A DNA stretch of 64,000 nt from sequence record SRR20825010_791. One strand, written 5' to 3'. Under the pieces are notes generated by a model. That model made no database searches, was not told where the DNA came from, and saw nothing but the letters and a program-made list of their open reading frames with translations. This document shows, in pieces, positions 47,601-56,449 of this stretch. Each line of letters begins with the position of its first letter. The first letter of the stretch is position 1. The translations under genes and the position numbers were made by a program.

Positions 47601-47841
47601 TCTGCGATTGGCGGAAGGTATTCCTTTAAAACTGGCCGTAATTGAAGCCGGAGCCGTAAGGACTACCCCTATTCTATTAACAGCGGGAACCGTGGTTATT
47701 GGAGCGTTTGTAATCCTATTCGATCCAATTTTCCAAGGGCTGGCCATTTCTTTGATGGGCGGTACCATAGTCTCTACCGTACTTACCTTGTTAGTGGTGC
47801 CTTTGGTGTATTATATGATAGAAAGGAAGAACTATAAGTAA
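44650..47841 (+). CDS. AcrB/AcrD/AcrF family RND permease
   Basis: 1063 aa, PREEEPQI, YPGASPTEVE, GIVVDDSIIIAEN, GIMVRNSVLLIDF, RTTPILLT. Confidence 0.95.
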   Translation: MKEGLAGKIAKAFIGSKLTVLLMIVFMVIGVYSSFLIPREEEPQIDVPMADIFVGYPGASPTEVESRVTKPLEKLISNIKGVEYVYSTSMEEQGMVIVQFYVGEDIERSFVKLQNEINKHMDEMPQGVTFPLIKTRAIDDVPMLGLTLWSESYDDYQLKQIAQELTDEIEKVNDVSATQRIGGRNRQLRVVLDKDKLAESGLDFLTVAQMIKANNQQISGGTFDKNDTEFMVTTGKFLETATDVENLVVGVQQNRPIYLKQIASIQDGPEIPKEYVSLGFGQGSEQRETYKSEYPAVTISIAKRKGADAMNISDIILEKVDHLKKNLIPDDVHVEVTRNYGETASHKVSELLMHLIGAIIAVTFVVMLAMGWRGGLVVFLSVPITFALTLLSYYLLDYTLNRITLFALVFVTGIVVDDSIIIAENMHRHFKMKRLPFKQAALYAINEVGNPTILATFTVIASVLPMAFVSGLMGPYMSPMPIGASIAMLLSLFVALTITPYLGYIFLREKDKKGEEKVEKPLEETFIYRMYHKFENPLIENKKKRWLFLGITFLLLLGSIGMFFTKSVAVKMLPFDNKNEFQVVIDMPEGTTLERTGVVAKEIAQYLNTRPEVVNYQSYVGTSAPITFNGLVRHYDMRGGSNMADIQVNLLDKGDRSAQSHEIASLLRPEIQRIGNKYNANVKIVEVPPGPPVLSTIVGEIYGPDYDTQMDIADQVQQILKNTPDVVDVDWMVEADQVEYQFIIDKEKAMLYGVAPQQIAHTMNMALSERAVTNLYDENASIQIGLILALEEKEKSTIQDIAQLKVKSQQGNMVPIADLVAIEQTTRAKSIYRKNQKRVVYVLADMAGDLESPVYAILGMTDKLKAMNLPKGYSIDELYIKQPDFEDNYTVKWDGEWQITLEVFRDLGLAFLGVIFIIYILIVGWFQNFKAPVVMMVAIPLSLIGIVLGHWMLDAFFTATSFIGMIALAGIMVRNSVLLIDFINLRLAEGIPLKLAVIEAGAVRTTPILLTAGTVVIGAFVILFDPIFQGLAISLMGGTIVSTVLTLLVVPLVYYMIERKNYK

Positions 47842-47870
47842 TTGCGAGTTTAAATGAGATAGTTCTACAG

Positions 47871-47979
47871 ATCCCTGAGCGGAGTCGAAGGGAGCGCTCT
47901 AGGAAATTGATTTAATCTATGTGGGAAATGGCTATTTATCCAAATTTTATGGACCGGTCTCTAAGCTTAGTCGAAGAGA
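47871..47979 (+). repeat. Two REP-like units of the same family as 33018-33092
   Basis: ATCCCTGAGCGGAGTCGAAGGGA (47871-47893) and degenerate GTCTCTAAGCTTAGTCGAAGAGA (47957-47979). Confidence 0.65.
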
Positions 47980-48055
47980 GCCCGGTATAGCCCAAAGAAG
48001 GTAAAGCCTCAAGAAATCATTTTGGCAATAGAATTGAAACTAAAAATAAATAATT

Positions 48056-48361
48056 ATGAAACTACTCATAGTAACCGTTGTGGAGGAGTTCGCCAAGGAA
48101 ACTCTAAAACTCTTTAAAAAAGCAAATATTGAAAGCTTTAGTGGCTCCGATATAGATGGATATAAAAATCCAGCCCAAGTGCTCATGGCTTCAAATTGGT
48201 TCCCTAGTGAAAAAGGAGGTGTAGAATCTGCCATGTTTTTTTCCTTTACCACAGAAGAGAATATTGATATCCTTTTTCAACTTATTTCTGAATTCAACAA
48301 TAATTTGGAAACCAACAATCCCATAAGGGCTGCCGTGGTTCCCATAGAAAAATATATTTAG
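48056..48361 (+). CDS. Small hypothetical protein, possibly PII-like fold
   Basis: 101 aa; MKLLIVT start and terminal VVPIEK strand resemble PII-like proteins; co-oriented with the RND operon. Confidence 0.6.
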   Translation: MKLLIVTVVEEFAKETLKLFKKANIESFSGSDIDGYKNPAQVLMASNWFPSEKGGVESAMFFSFTTEENIDILFQLISEFNNNLETNNPIRAAVVPIEKYI

Positions 48362-48382
48362 TAACCTTTAAAAAATAATATT

Positions 48383-48589
48383 ATGATCAACAGGTATATC
48401 CGGGCAATTGCCGGGGCTTTTGTAGTTATTAGTGTTGTATTGGCCGTATACGTAAACATAAACTGGTTGTGGTTTACCGTTTTTGTAGGTGTTAATCTTT
48501 TTCAATCTGCATTTACACAATGGTGCCTTATGGAAAAGATTTTATTCAAATTGGGGGTAAAAAAGGAAGGCGATAGTTGTACTGTTTAG
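48383..48589 (+). CDS. DUF2892 / YgaP-like small membrane protein
   Basis: RYIRAIAG...FVGVNLFQSAFTQWCLME with conserved Cys. Confidence 0.88.
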   Translation: MINRYIRAIAGAFVVISVVLAVYVNINWLWFTVFVGVNLFQSAFTQWCLMEKILFKLGVKKEGDSCTV

Positions 48590-48788
48590 TGTTCCAAATT
48601 CTTCCGAATTGGGCGGTGTCGAGTAAGATAGTACCGGCTTTTTGTTGATTAACAATTAAGAATTTATCAAACATACCTTAGATACTATTTTTAATCCAAA
48701 GGTTTACCTCTCTTGTCCATATGCAATTATAATTTTGGGAGGACAAAGAGGGATTTGGAACATTTTTTTTGTTCTGGATTGGTAGGAA

Positions 48789-48817
48789 TAAAAAATGCCC
48801 CGATTTCCCGGGGCATT
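48789..48817 (-). terminator. Intrinsic terminator of the minus-strand susCD
   Basis: Stem AATGCCCCG / CGGGGCATT with an A run on the left (U tract on the minus strand). Confidence 0.85.
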
Positions 48818-48860
48818 CTAAAACTAACTCAAAACTCAATAAATGAAACTCAATCTTTAT

Positions 48861-50555
48861 TTACCAAGGCTTTGTAACCCCCTGTAATATCCAAGGTTTG
48901 GACCATGGTGTGTCATTTTCGTATTTTCCGGGCACATCGTTGGTGTGGCTGGTTGTTTCCAATGAAGATAATGCTGCATTGTAATTAGCTTCATTAATAT
49001 TTCTTTCTTCATCAGGATATTGAAAACGAACTGGGATTACTGACGATAGGGCAAAAGGTCCAGTCTGTAGATCAGGAAGTCCAGTACGTCTCCAATCCAA
49101 ATATGCCTCAGAAGCGGTAGCAAAGTTGGCTATCCATTTTTGTTCCATGATCTGGGCTAGTGTACCATCAAAGGCAACCTCAGCATTATCTATATAATCT
49201 GCATATTCATCGCCAATTCCCCAGGTGTCCAAAGATGCTTGTACTCCTTTGTTATAGTTTCCTTCTGCATCTGTACCCCAACCTTTTAGGGCAGCTTCTG
49301 CTTTTAAGAAACAAACTTCCGCATAGGACAGAACCCTAGCTTTTAAGAAATCTCCACTAGCTTCTTTAAACTGATCGTTCATTAATGAAACATGTACATT
49401 GCCTCCACCTTGAACCGGGTTAGGGTTCAAGTTATAGGTGTATGGCTCTGATCCTTGATAGGATACTGGGAGACCCACATAGGTGCTACTAGTATCTACC
49501 AAACTTAATCCAGCCAAACGATCGGCTTTCCAGGTATTTTTGTCATATATCTTTAGACCATTATCTGCAAGAGTTTCTTCATTGATATAACGTACTCCAT
49601 CTACAACCACATCATCTTCTCCACCAGGAACGTCTGCTGCAGCCACAACTTTAATTGGAATTGCAACAGGTGCAAACCAAATATTGGCTCTTGGGTCATT
49701 AAGTTCCCTTAATCTATCGGTAAAAGTAGTACAAGGCTTAACACGATTGAAGGCAGATGCTCCTCCTGTTGAACTGTTGCTAGGTTGTGCAGTTCCATCA
49801 GATGTACCTATATAGGCCAAGGCACACTCCTCATCCACACTGCTGATCAAAGGTTTCGCCAATGTGGCCGTTACCCCTGCTTGTGCATAAGATGGGTCTT
49901 TCTCAGACAATCGCATGTAATAACGTAGGGCCAAGGAGTTGGCGTATTTCATCCATTTTTCGGCATCGCCTCCAAAGAAAATATCTTGGCTGGCACCAAA
50001 GGCTTCCAAGTTGCCCATATTGTTGGATATTGAAGCAGCAGCAGCTACAAAATCAGCAATAGCCCCCTTATATACAGCTTCTTGGGAATCGTAAGTTGGC
50101 AAAATAACATCTTCGTCAGCTTGTACAGCGTTTGAATAAGGAACGTCTCCATAGTAATCTGCCAAAGTAACAAAGTTCTGCGCCATTAATATTTGGGCAA
50201 TAGCTTCATGTAAGGTATAACCTAATTCTTGAGACCGTTGTAGGGCTAATTTAGCACTACGCAAGTTTCCGTAGTAGGTGTTCCATCCACTGCCATCCCA
50301 ATCATAATTGTTGTTGCCCCAAGAATCTTTTTGGGTGTATTGCACAAAGGCAGATAATTCTCCACTATAGCCTTTACTGCCTACGTCCAAAGCGGTATTC
50401 ACCATCACTTGTGTTAATAAAAAACTTGGATTGCCTTGGCTCGGATCTACCCCGTTGGGGTTTTGGTTAATTTCTGTAAGCTCATTGTCGCACGAAGTAG
50501 CGGACAGTAGACAAACTACGAGAAATAGTTTAAATATCTTATTTATTTTACTCAT
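48861..50555 (-). CDS. susD: SusD-like lipoprotein
   Basis: SATSC lipobox, INQNPN, DYYGDVPYS, YAEVCFLKAEA, QKWIA, WRRTGLP, IPVRFQYP. Confidence 0.95.
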   Translation of the reverse strand: MSKINKIFKLFLVVCLLSATSCDNELTEINQNPNGVDPSQGNPSFLLTQVMVNTALDVGSKGYSGELSAFVQYTQKDSWGNNNYDWDGSGWNTYYGNLRSAKLALQRSQELGYTLHEAIAQILMAQNFVTLADYYGDVPYSNAVQADEDVILPTYDSQEAVYKGAIADFVAAAASISNNMGNLEAFGASQDIFFGGDAEKWMKYANSLALRYYMRLSEKDPSYAQAGVTATLAKPLISSVDEECALAYIGTSDGTAQPSNSSTGGASAFNRVKPCTTFTDRLRELNDPRANIWFAPVAIPIKVVAAADVPGGEDDVVVDGVRYINEETLADNGLKIYDKNTWKADRLAGLSLVDTSSTYVGLPVSYQGSEPYTYNLNPNPVQGGGNVHVSLMNDQFKEASGDFLKARVLSYAEVCFLKAEAALKGWGTDAEGNYNKGVQASLDTWGIGDEYADYIDNAEVAFDGTLAQIMEQKWIANFATASEAYLDWRRTGLPDLQTGPFALSSVIPVRFQYPDEERNINEANYNAALSSLETTSHTNDVPGKYENDTPWSKPWILQGVTKPW

Positions 50556-50585
50556 GATTTTTTGTTTTTTGTTTAAAGTGCCTAA

Positions 50586-53500
50586 TTAGAAACTTACGTT
50601 AAGTTTGAAACCTATTGGAATAGTAAATGGATTTATATTAAAGCGCTCTATACCTTGCTTAAATTGGATACCACTTCCTCCTTGTGTACTTGATTCGTGC
50701 TGGAAAGCCATCTCAGGGTCGATTCCTATATCGGCCTTGGTCCATAGGATAATATTTCGGCTAAATAAAGATATATTTAGATTTTGAAGTCCTACTTGTT
50801 TTATATGTTTGCTTGGCACGGAATAAGTAAGTGAAATTTCTCTTAATTTTACGAAATCGGAATCAAAAGTTGCATTTCTGGTAAAGTCCCATCCGTAGTG
50901 ATCTTGGTATCTTGTAACTACAGTTCCAGGACCTCCTAAGTTTTCGGCTGTAGCTATGAAGTTGCCGTTATCGTCATAATCTCCTTGAACCCCTGGCATA
51001 AATACACCATCGTTCAATGTAATTCCACCTTCGGTATAAGGAAGACCACCATCTGCTGCTGTAGGCCCACCAACCAATACATAAAATTCACCATCTTCAG
51101 ATAAGAATTGGTCCGCATTTTCCCTTAAGTACGCAGGAATATCGGAAATGTCATTAAAATTATGCAATTTATCAATCCATCGTTGGGTATGTAAATCAGA
51201 TTCTCCGTATCTGTGGGTTTGTGAAACAAACTGTCCACCTTTTCTCCAGTCAAAATTCATGGAGATGCTCCAGTTCTTATAAGAAGCGGAAGTGGTCATC
51301 CCTAAAGTGAAATCGGGGTTAAAGTTGCCAATAATTGGAGCAACCCTGTTTCCGTCCGCGTCTTCTCTAGTTCTGTCGCTATTCTCAAAACCGGAATCAT
51401 CAATAATAGGCCATCCAAAATAAGGCGAGTTAGGATCTTCAACACGCACTAGGGCAGCATCAAAAATATTTCCTATTTCTTCACCAACCCAGGTTATGGC
51501 ACCACCACGGGCATCGGTCCAAAAGGTAATGGAATTCATACCTTCAGCCAATTCAATTACCTTGGTTCGGTTTCTGTTAAACACGAAGCCCATATCCCAA
51601 CGCCAATCATTGGAGTTTATGATGTTAGCATTTAAACCAGCTTCTATACCTGTACTTCTCAATAGACCAGCATTGGTGTTTTTAGAGCTATATCCTGAGG
51701 AGATAGGTAGCGCAATTCCAAAAATTTGGTTTTCGTTATCGGCGGTGTAATATGTAAAATCCATACTTAACCTATTGTTAAAGAAGGCCAAATCAGCTCC
51801 TCCTTCCCAAGAGGATATACTTTCTGGTTTTAAATCAGGGTTAAGTAGCGTAGAGGGCACGGATAACAAAGATCCTGATCCCCATGAGGTACCACCATTT
51901 AAAGTAGGTTGTAGGTTGTATGCCCCTGTATCGTTACCTACTTCGGCATAACCGGCACGAAGTTTTAATAAGGATACCCCGTTGCCAAAACCAAGAAGCC
52001 TATTAACCAATAAACTAGTGGATACGGAAGGGTAAAAATAGGAATTGTTATTGTCTGGCAAGGTGCTGGACCAATCATTTCTTCCTGTAACGTCTACATA
52101 GAACATATCTTTAATACCAATACTAGCCATTCCATACAAACTATTTACTTGTTTTTCGTAACTGTTGTAAGAGTAAATTAAATTGTCGTTGGCAATATTG
52201 GATAAAGTGAACAATCCTGGAGTTAAAAGTCCAGATCCTCTATTTATGGTAGAATTTAACAAATTGTTTCCTTTTAAAACCCTTTTGTTGCCTCCTCCAG
52301 ATATTGAGAAATCCCATCCTTCCAGTCTTTTGGCATAAGTTAATAAGAAATCGACATTTGTTTCATTTGTGAAAATTTTGTTGATACCATAGGCCCCATT
52401 CATGTCTCCAGTATATCCTTTAGACAATTTGGTTTCTCGTACTTCGTTAATTTCATCCATGTTGTAACGAACCATCCCTGTTAGATCATCGGTGATTTTA
52501 TACTCTCCTTTAACATTACCATAAAACCTGTTTCTTTCAAAACCATTGTTGTTCTCGTAAGCTAAGAAATAAGGGTTGTTCCATTCGGTTTCTGTTGGAT
52601 CGTCCCCAAAATTATAAGGTGAATTTTGGAAGATGCCTTCGTAACCTGGTAACCAATAATCCTTCATTTGACGCACATCAATATGTGGGTTCAATTCGTA
52701 AACTGCCTGCATTGCGTTGGCCCCGCGGTTACCAACAGGTCTGTTGTCCGCACCAGTTTTTGTGTAGTTAAGACTAGTACTAACCGTAAATTTTTCGTTT
52801 AACTTCAATGATGAATTTAAACTGATACTATGTTTGTGTAAATCCGTATTAGGGATGTTTCCCTTGTTCTGTAGATCCGAATAGGACAACCTATAATTAA
52901 TTTTTTCCGTATTGTCCTGGATAGAAATATTATTGGTTGTTGTAACGGCCGTTTGAAAGAAATTCTTTGGATTGTTGTACGACTTCAATTCCCTTGGAAC
53001 AGGAACACCACTAGCTATTTCCTCTGCGCTATATGGCCATTGGATTGCCATGATGCCTTTGTCCAGTTCAGGACCTGCCCATGCTGAAGCAGTTTCACCA
53101 ATGATTATGGCACCATAAGAATTCGCCGGGAAATTATCTTCGGTATAAGGTCTGGAACCTGTTGCAAACCTAGTATGGGTATCTAAGAAACGACTAGGAA
53201 TATCAAAAACAGTACTGGTATTAATAGTTACTCCCAATCCTTTTTTAGATTTTCCAGACTTGGTTGTAATTAATATAACCCCGTTACCTGCCCTAGAGCC
53301 ATAAAGTGCTGCTGCACTGGCACCTTTTAGAACTGTAACACTGGCAATATCGTCTGCATTGATATCAGAAATGGCATTACCGTAATCCACTTTGTTATCC
53401 CTACCTATTTCTGTAATGTTGTTCGCTGTATTAATTACAGGAGAACCATCGATTACAAATAATGGTTGGTTGTCACTGGACAGCGAAGCTGCGCCCCTCA

Positions 53501-54005
53501 CATTAATGTTTACAGTAGAACCTGCACCACCAGTAGAATTGATATTCACCCCGGATACCTTACCCGAAAGAGCGTTTAAAACGTTCTCTTGAGGAACGTT
53601 ATCTAAAGCGTCACCTCCTACCTCACTTACAGAATATCCCAAGGATTTCTTTTCACGAGATATACCCAGAGCGGTTACTACAACTTCGTCCAATTGCTCG
53701 GAGGAGGTTGCCATAGTTACGTTAAGGGTGGTTTGATTACCAACCGCCACTTCTTTCGTTTCCATTCCTAAATAGGAGAACACCAAAACAGCACTACTGT
53801 TGGGAACAGTAATACTGTAAATACCATCAAAATCAGAGGTAACACCAGTGGTAGTTCCCTTTACTACCACGGACACCCCAGGGAGCAATTCGCCATCATC
53901 ACTGCTGACGACTCCCGTTACACCTTGTTGTGCCAACATGATTCCAGAAACCATGCTGAACAAAAGGAAAGTCAAAAATTTCAAGCTGCTTTTTTTCATA
54001 TTCAT
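50586..54005 (-). CDS. susC: SusC/RagA family TonB-dependent transporter
   Basis: LDEVVVTALGISRE, DIASVTVLKGASAAALYGSRAGNGVILITTKSG, RNDWSSTLP, terminal Phe. Confidence 0.97.
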   Translation of the reverse strand: MNMKKSSLKFLTFLLFSMVSGIMLAQQGVTGVVSSDDGELLPGVSVVVKGTTTGVTSDFDGIYSITVPNSSAVLVFSYLGMETKEVAVGNQTTLNVTMATSSEQLDEVVVTALGISREKKSLGYSVSEVGGDALDNVPQENVLNALSGKVSGVNINSTGGAGSTVNINVRGAASLSSDNQPLFVIDGSPVINTANNITEIGRDNKVDYGNAISDINADDIASVTVLKGASAAALYGSRAGNGVILITTKSGKSKKGLGVTINTSTVFDIPSRFLDTHTRFATGSRPYTEDNFPANSYGAIIIGETASAWAGPELDKGIMAIQWPYSAEEIASGVPVPRELKSYNNPKNFFQTAVTTTNNISIQDNTEKINYRLSYSDLQNKGNIPNTDLHKHSISLNSSLKLNEKFTVSTSLNYTKTGADNRPVGNRGANAMQAVYELNPHIDVRQMKDYWLPGYEGIFQNSPYNFGDDPTETEWNNPYFLAYENNNGFERNRFYGNVKGEYKITDDLTGMVRYNMDEINEVRETKLSKGYTGDMNGAYGINKIFTNETNVDFLLTYAKRLEGWDFSISGGGNKRVLKGNNLLNSTINRGSGLLTPGLFTLSNIANDNLIYSYNSYEKQVNSLYGMASIGIKDMFYVDVTGRNDWSSTLPDNNNSYFYPSVSTSLLVNRLLGFGNGVSLLKLRAGYAEVGNDTGAYNLQPTLNGGTSWGSGSLLSVPSTLLNPDLKPESISSWEGGADLAFFNNRLSMDFTYYTADNENQIFGIALPISSGYSSKNTNAGLLRSTGIEAGLNANIINSNDWRWDMGFVFNRNRTKVIELAEGMNSITFWTDARGGAITWVGEEIGNIFDAALVRVEDPNSPYFGWPIIDDSGFENSDRTREDADGNRVAPIIGNFNPDFTLGMTTSASYKNWSISMNFDWRKGGQFVSQTHRYGESDLHTQRWIDKLHNFNDISDIPAYLRENADQFLSEDGEFYVLVGGPTAADGGLPYTEGGITLNDGVFMPGVQGDYDDNGNFIATAENLGGPGTVVTRYQDHYGWDFTRNATFDSDFVKLREISLTYSVPSKHIKQVGLQNLNISLFSRNIILWTKADIGIDPEMAFQHESSTQGGSGIQFKQGIERFNINPFTIPIGFKLNVSF

Positions 54006-54462
54006 TTATATTAATTGGTTGAGTAATTAGCATTTCGTTAACAAAACTATTGTAAAATAATCGACAAAAAGCATAGTATTTTATTAGATACTTATGGAAT
54101 TTTACCTCTTTTCGGGTCAATATTATGATATTGAAAATTTTAGGTTAAGATATGTTTGATTTTTGGTAAGAATATTTCTTAAAGGTATACTGCACCATTT
54201 TGGAACCTCACTATTTGGGACCGATTTTATGGTTAAAATAGGTAGTGGTATTATATATATTGATATAGGTAGGTCATATCAATATTTATTATGTGATATT
54301 TCATTCATTATACAAACTGCTATAATTTTAACTTAATTGCCCTGAAATAAGTCAAAAAACTAGGTCTTATGTCAATATACCATGTAAATGAAATAAGATT
54401 TACTTATTTAATCACCTCTATTTGAATTTAATTTGTAGGTAATTAACCAAAATGCCAAATCA

Positions 54463-55971
54463 ATGTTAGCAGGGATAGATTATTTTATTGTAATAGCTTA
54501 TATAATAGGAATGCTATTACTGGGGCTATATTTCAAAAAATTTGTCAATAGTTCCGAAGACTATTTTCTAGGAGGCAAAAGCCTACCTTTCTGGGCCATT
54601 GGTATGTCGATCGTAGTATCGGACATTGGGGCATTGGATTTTGTGGGGGTATCCGGCCAAGCTTATAGATATGGTATTTCTGTCGGCAACTTTGATTGGG
54701 TAGGTTCAGTTCCTGCAATGTTACTGGCGGCCTTTATTTTTATTCCTTATTTCTGGCGTGGGGGTATGTACACTATTCCGGAATACCTGGGAAGAAGGTA
54801 TAACCAAAAGGTAAGGACTATTGCTTCTGTTACCTGGATCCTGTTTTTTGCCTTGGATTTGGGGGTTCTTTTTTGGGCCAGTGCAGTTCTATTAAATGTA
54901 CTCATGGGGTGGCCCATCTGGATATCCATTGTTGCCACTGCCGGTGTGGTTGGTCTATATACCTATTTCGGGGGTATTACAGCTGTAATAATGACCGATG
55001 TTGTTCAGTTCGTTATAATGTTTATAGGAGGCTTTGCCTTAGTTTTTCTGAGTCTTTACGAAGTTGGAGGATGGGATAATATGGTAGATAAAATCGCTAC
55101 AATGGGACCCGAATATCGCAATCATTTCGATATTATACAACCACAGGATACGAAATCGCCCTTTCCATGGACTGGAATTTTATTTGGTCTAACCTTTGTT
55201 ATGGCCAATGCATATATGATAGGTAACCAATCTATTGTACAGCGCTGTCTTACCGCCAAAAACGAATGGCACGCAAAGGCGAGTATGATTTTTGGATCTG
55301 CACTTAAAATGTTTATTCCAATCTTGGTTTTGTTTCCTGGGCTTATGGCTGTAGTGGTTCATCCCGGATTGCTGGACGGAGATCAGGCGCTGCCAATGAT
55401 GATCAAATCCATTTTGCCCCCTGGTTTGGTCGGACTTATGTTCGCCGCATTTTTTGCAGGGCTTATGTCCAGTGTGGATTCCTTGTTGAATTCAACGGCC
55501 ACCTTATTTACAAAGGATATCTACGAACCGTTTATTAAAAAAGGGGCGGATGACAAACATTATTTAAAAGTAGGGCAGATTACCACCTTGGTATTGTTGC
55601 TTATTGGAGTTGCTACCTCACCAATTAGCAGCGATTTCCCAGGGATTTATGTGGCCATACAAACCTTTATGTCCTATTTCCAAGGACCCATATTCGCCAT
55701 TCTTCTTTTAGGTATATTCTGGAAACGAACTACGGAATGGGGAGGGCTTTCGGCATTGGTCATAGGTATTGGTTTTGCCATATATCTAAATGTATTTAAG
55801 GAACAATTCTTCACCATAGAAGATCCTTTTCTCTATATTTCCTGGTGGTCCTTCCTGTTAGGGTTTATAATTAATGTTGTAGTAAGTCTGCTCACCAAGA
55901 AACATACCGAAGAACAACTTAAAGGCTTGGTGTTTAGTTCAAAAATTTTAGTGGAAAATAAAAAACTGTAA
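54463..55971 (+). CDS. Sodium:solute symporter (SSS, SLC5 family)
   Basis: DYFLGGKSLP, TIPEYLGRRY, GGITAVIMTDVVQ, NQSIVQRCL, AGLMSSVDS. Confidence 0.95.
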   Translation: MLAGIDYFIVIAYIIGMLLLGLYFKKFVNSSEDYFLGGKSLPFWAIGMSIVVSDIGALDFVGVSGQAYRYGISVGNFDWVGSVPAMLLAAFIFIPYFWRGGMYTIPEYLGRRYNQKVRTIASVTWILFFALDLGVLFWASAVLLNVLMGWPIWISIVATAGVVGLYTYFGGITAVIMTDVVQFVIMFIGGFALVFLSLYEVGGWDNMVDKIATMGPEYRNHFDIIQPQDTKSPFPWTGILFGLTFVMANAYMIGNQSIVQRCLTAKNEWHAKASMIFGSALKMFIPILVLFPGLMAVVVHPGLLDGDQALPMMIKSILPPGLVGLMFAAFFAGLMSSVDSLLNSTATLFTKDIYEPFIKKGADDKHYLKVGQITTLVLLLIGVATSPISSDFPGIYVAIQTFMSYFQGPIFAILLLGIFWKRTTEWGGLSALVIGIGFAIYLNVFKEQFFTIEDPFLYISWWSFLLGFIINVVVSLLTKKHTEEQLKGLVFSSKILVENKKL

Positions 55972-55972
55972 T

Positions 55973-56188
55973 ATGTTCAATTTTGACTGGCTTTCCGGTG
56001 TTTCGCAAGAAACTGCAAAAATGATATTTCTTTCTTTGTACGCCCTAATAGGACTTTTGGTGCTTTTATTGCCTACAGAGTATGTTTACCAGGGTATTGC
56101 CAAGGAAGATCGGCACTGGTGGAATAATTTAAAACTATGGTCTATTGCCGTACTTTGTATTTTGGCATCGATCTATAATCATTTTTAA
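55973..56188 (+). CDS. Small 2-TM hypothetical protein
   Basis: Starts 1 nt after the SSS stop; two hydrophobic helices; WWNNLKLW. Confidence 0.75.
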   Translation: MFNFDWLSGVSQETAKMIFLSLYALIGLLVLLLPTEYVYQGIAKEDRHWWNNLKLWSIAVLCILASIYNHF

Positions 56189-56205
56189 CCCCTTAATAAA
56201 AAAGT

Positions 56206-56436
56206 ATGGAGACAAATGAAATAAATGCGGGCTTAAAGGCCGCTCAAATTAACAATGCTCTTGGATTTTTCATTATGGCTTTTGGGGTTATTGTACTTTT
56301 TGCAATGATCTATACAGAAACCTTCGTAGAACATATGACCGATATGGTTGCTGGTTTAATACTAATATCCATTGGTGGCGGAATGATGTGGAAGGCAAAA
56401 AGAACTATAAAGAAATTAAAATCCAAGAAGGAATAA
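56206..56436 (+). CDS. Small 2-TM hypothetical protein
   Basis: Tight operon spacing; two hydrophobic helices and a basic tail. Confidence 0.75.
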   Translation: METNEINAGLKAAQINNALGFFIMAFGVIVLFAMIYTETFVEHMTDMVAGLILISIGGGMMWKAKRTIKKLKSKKE

Positions 56437-56449
56437 TAAAACATATAGA

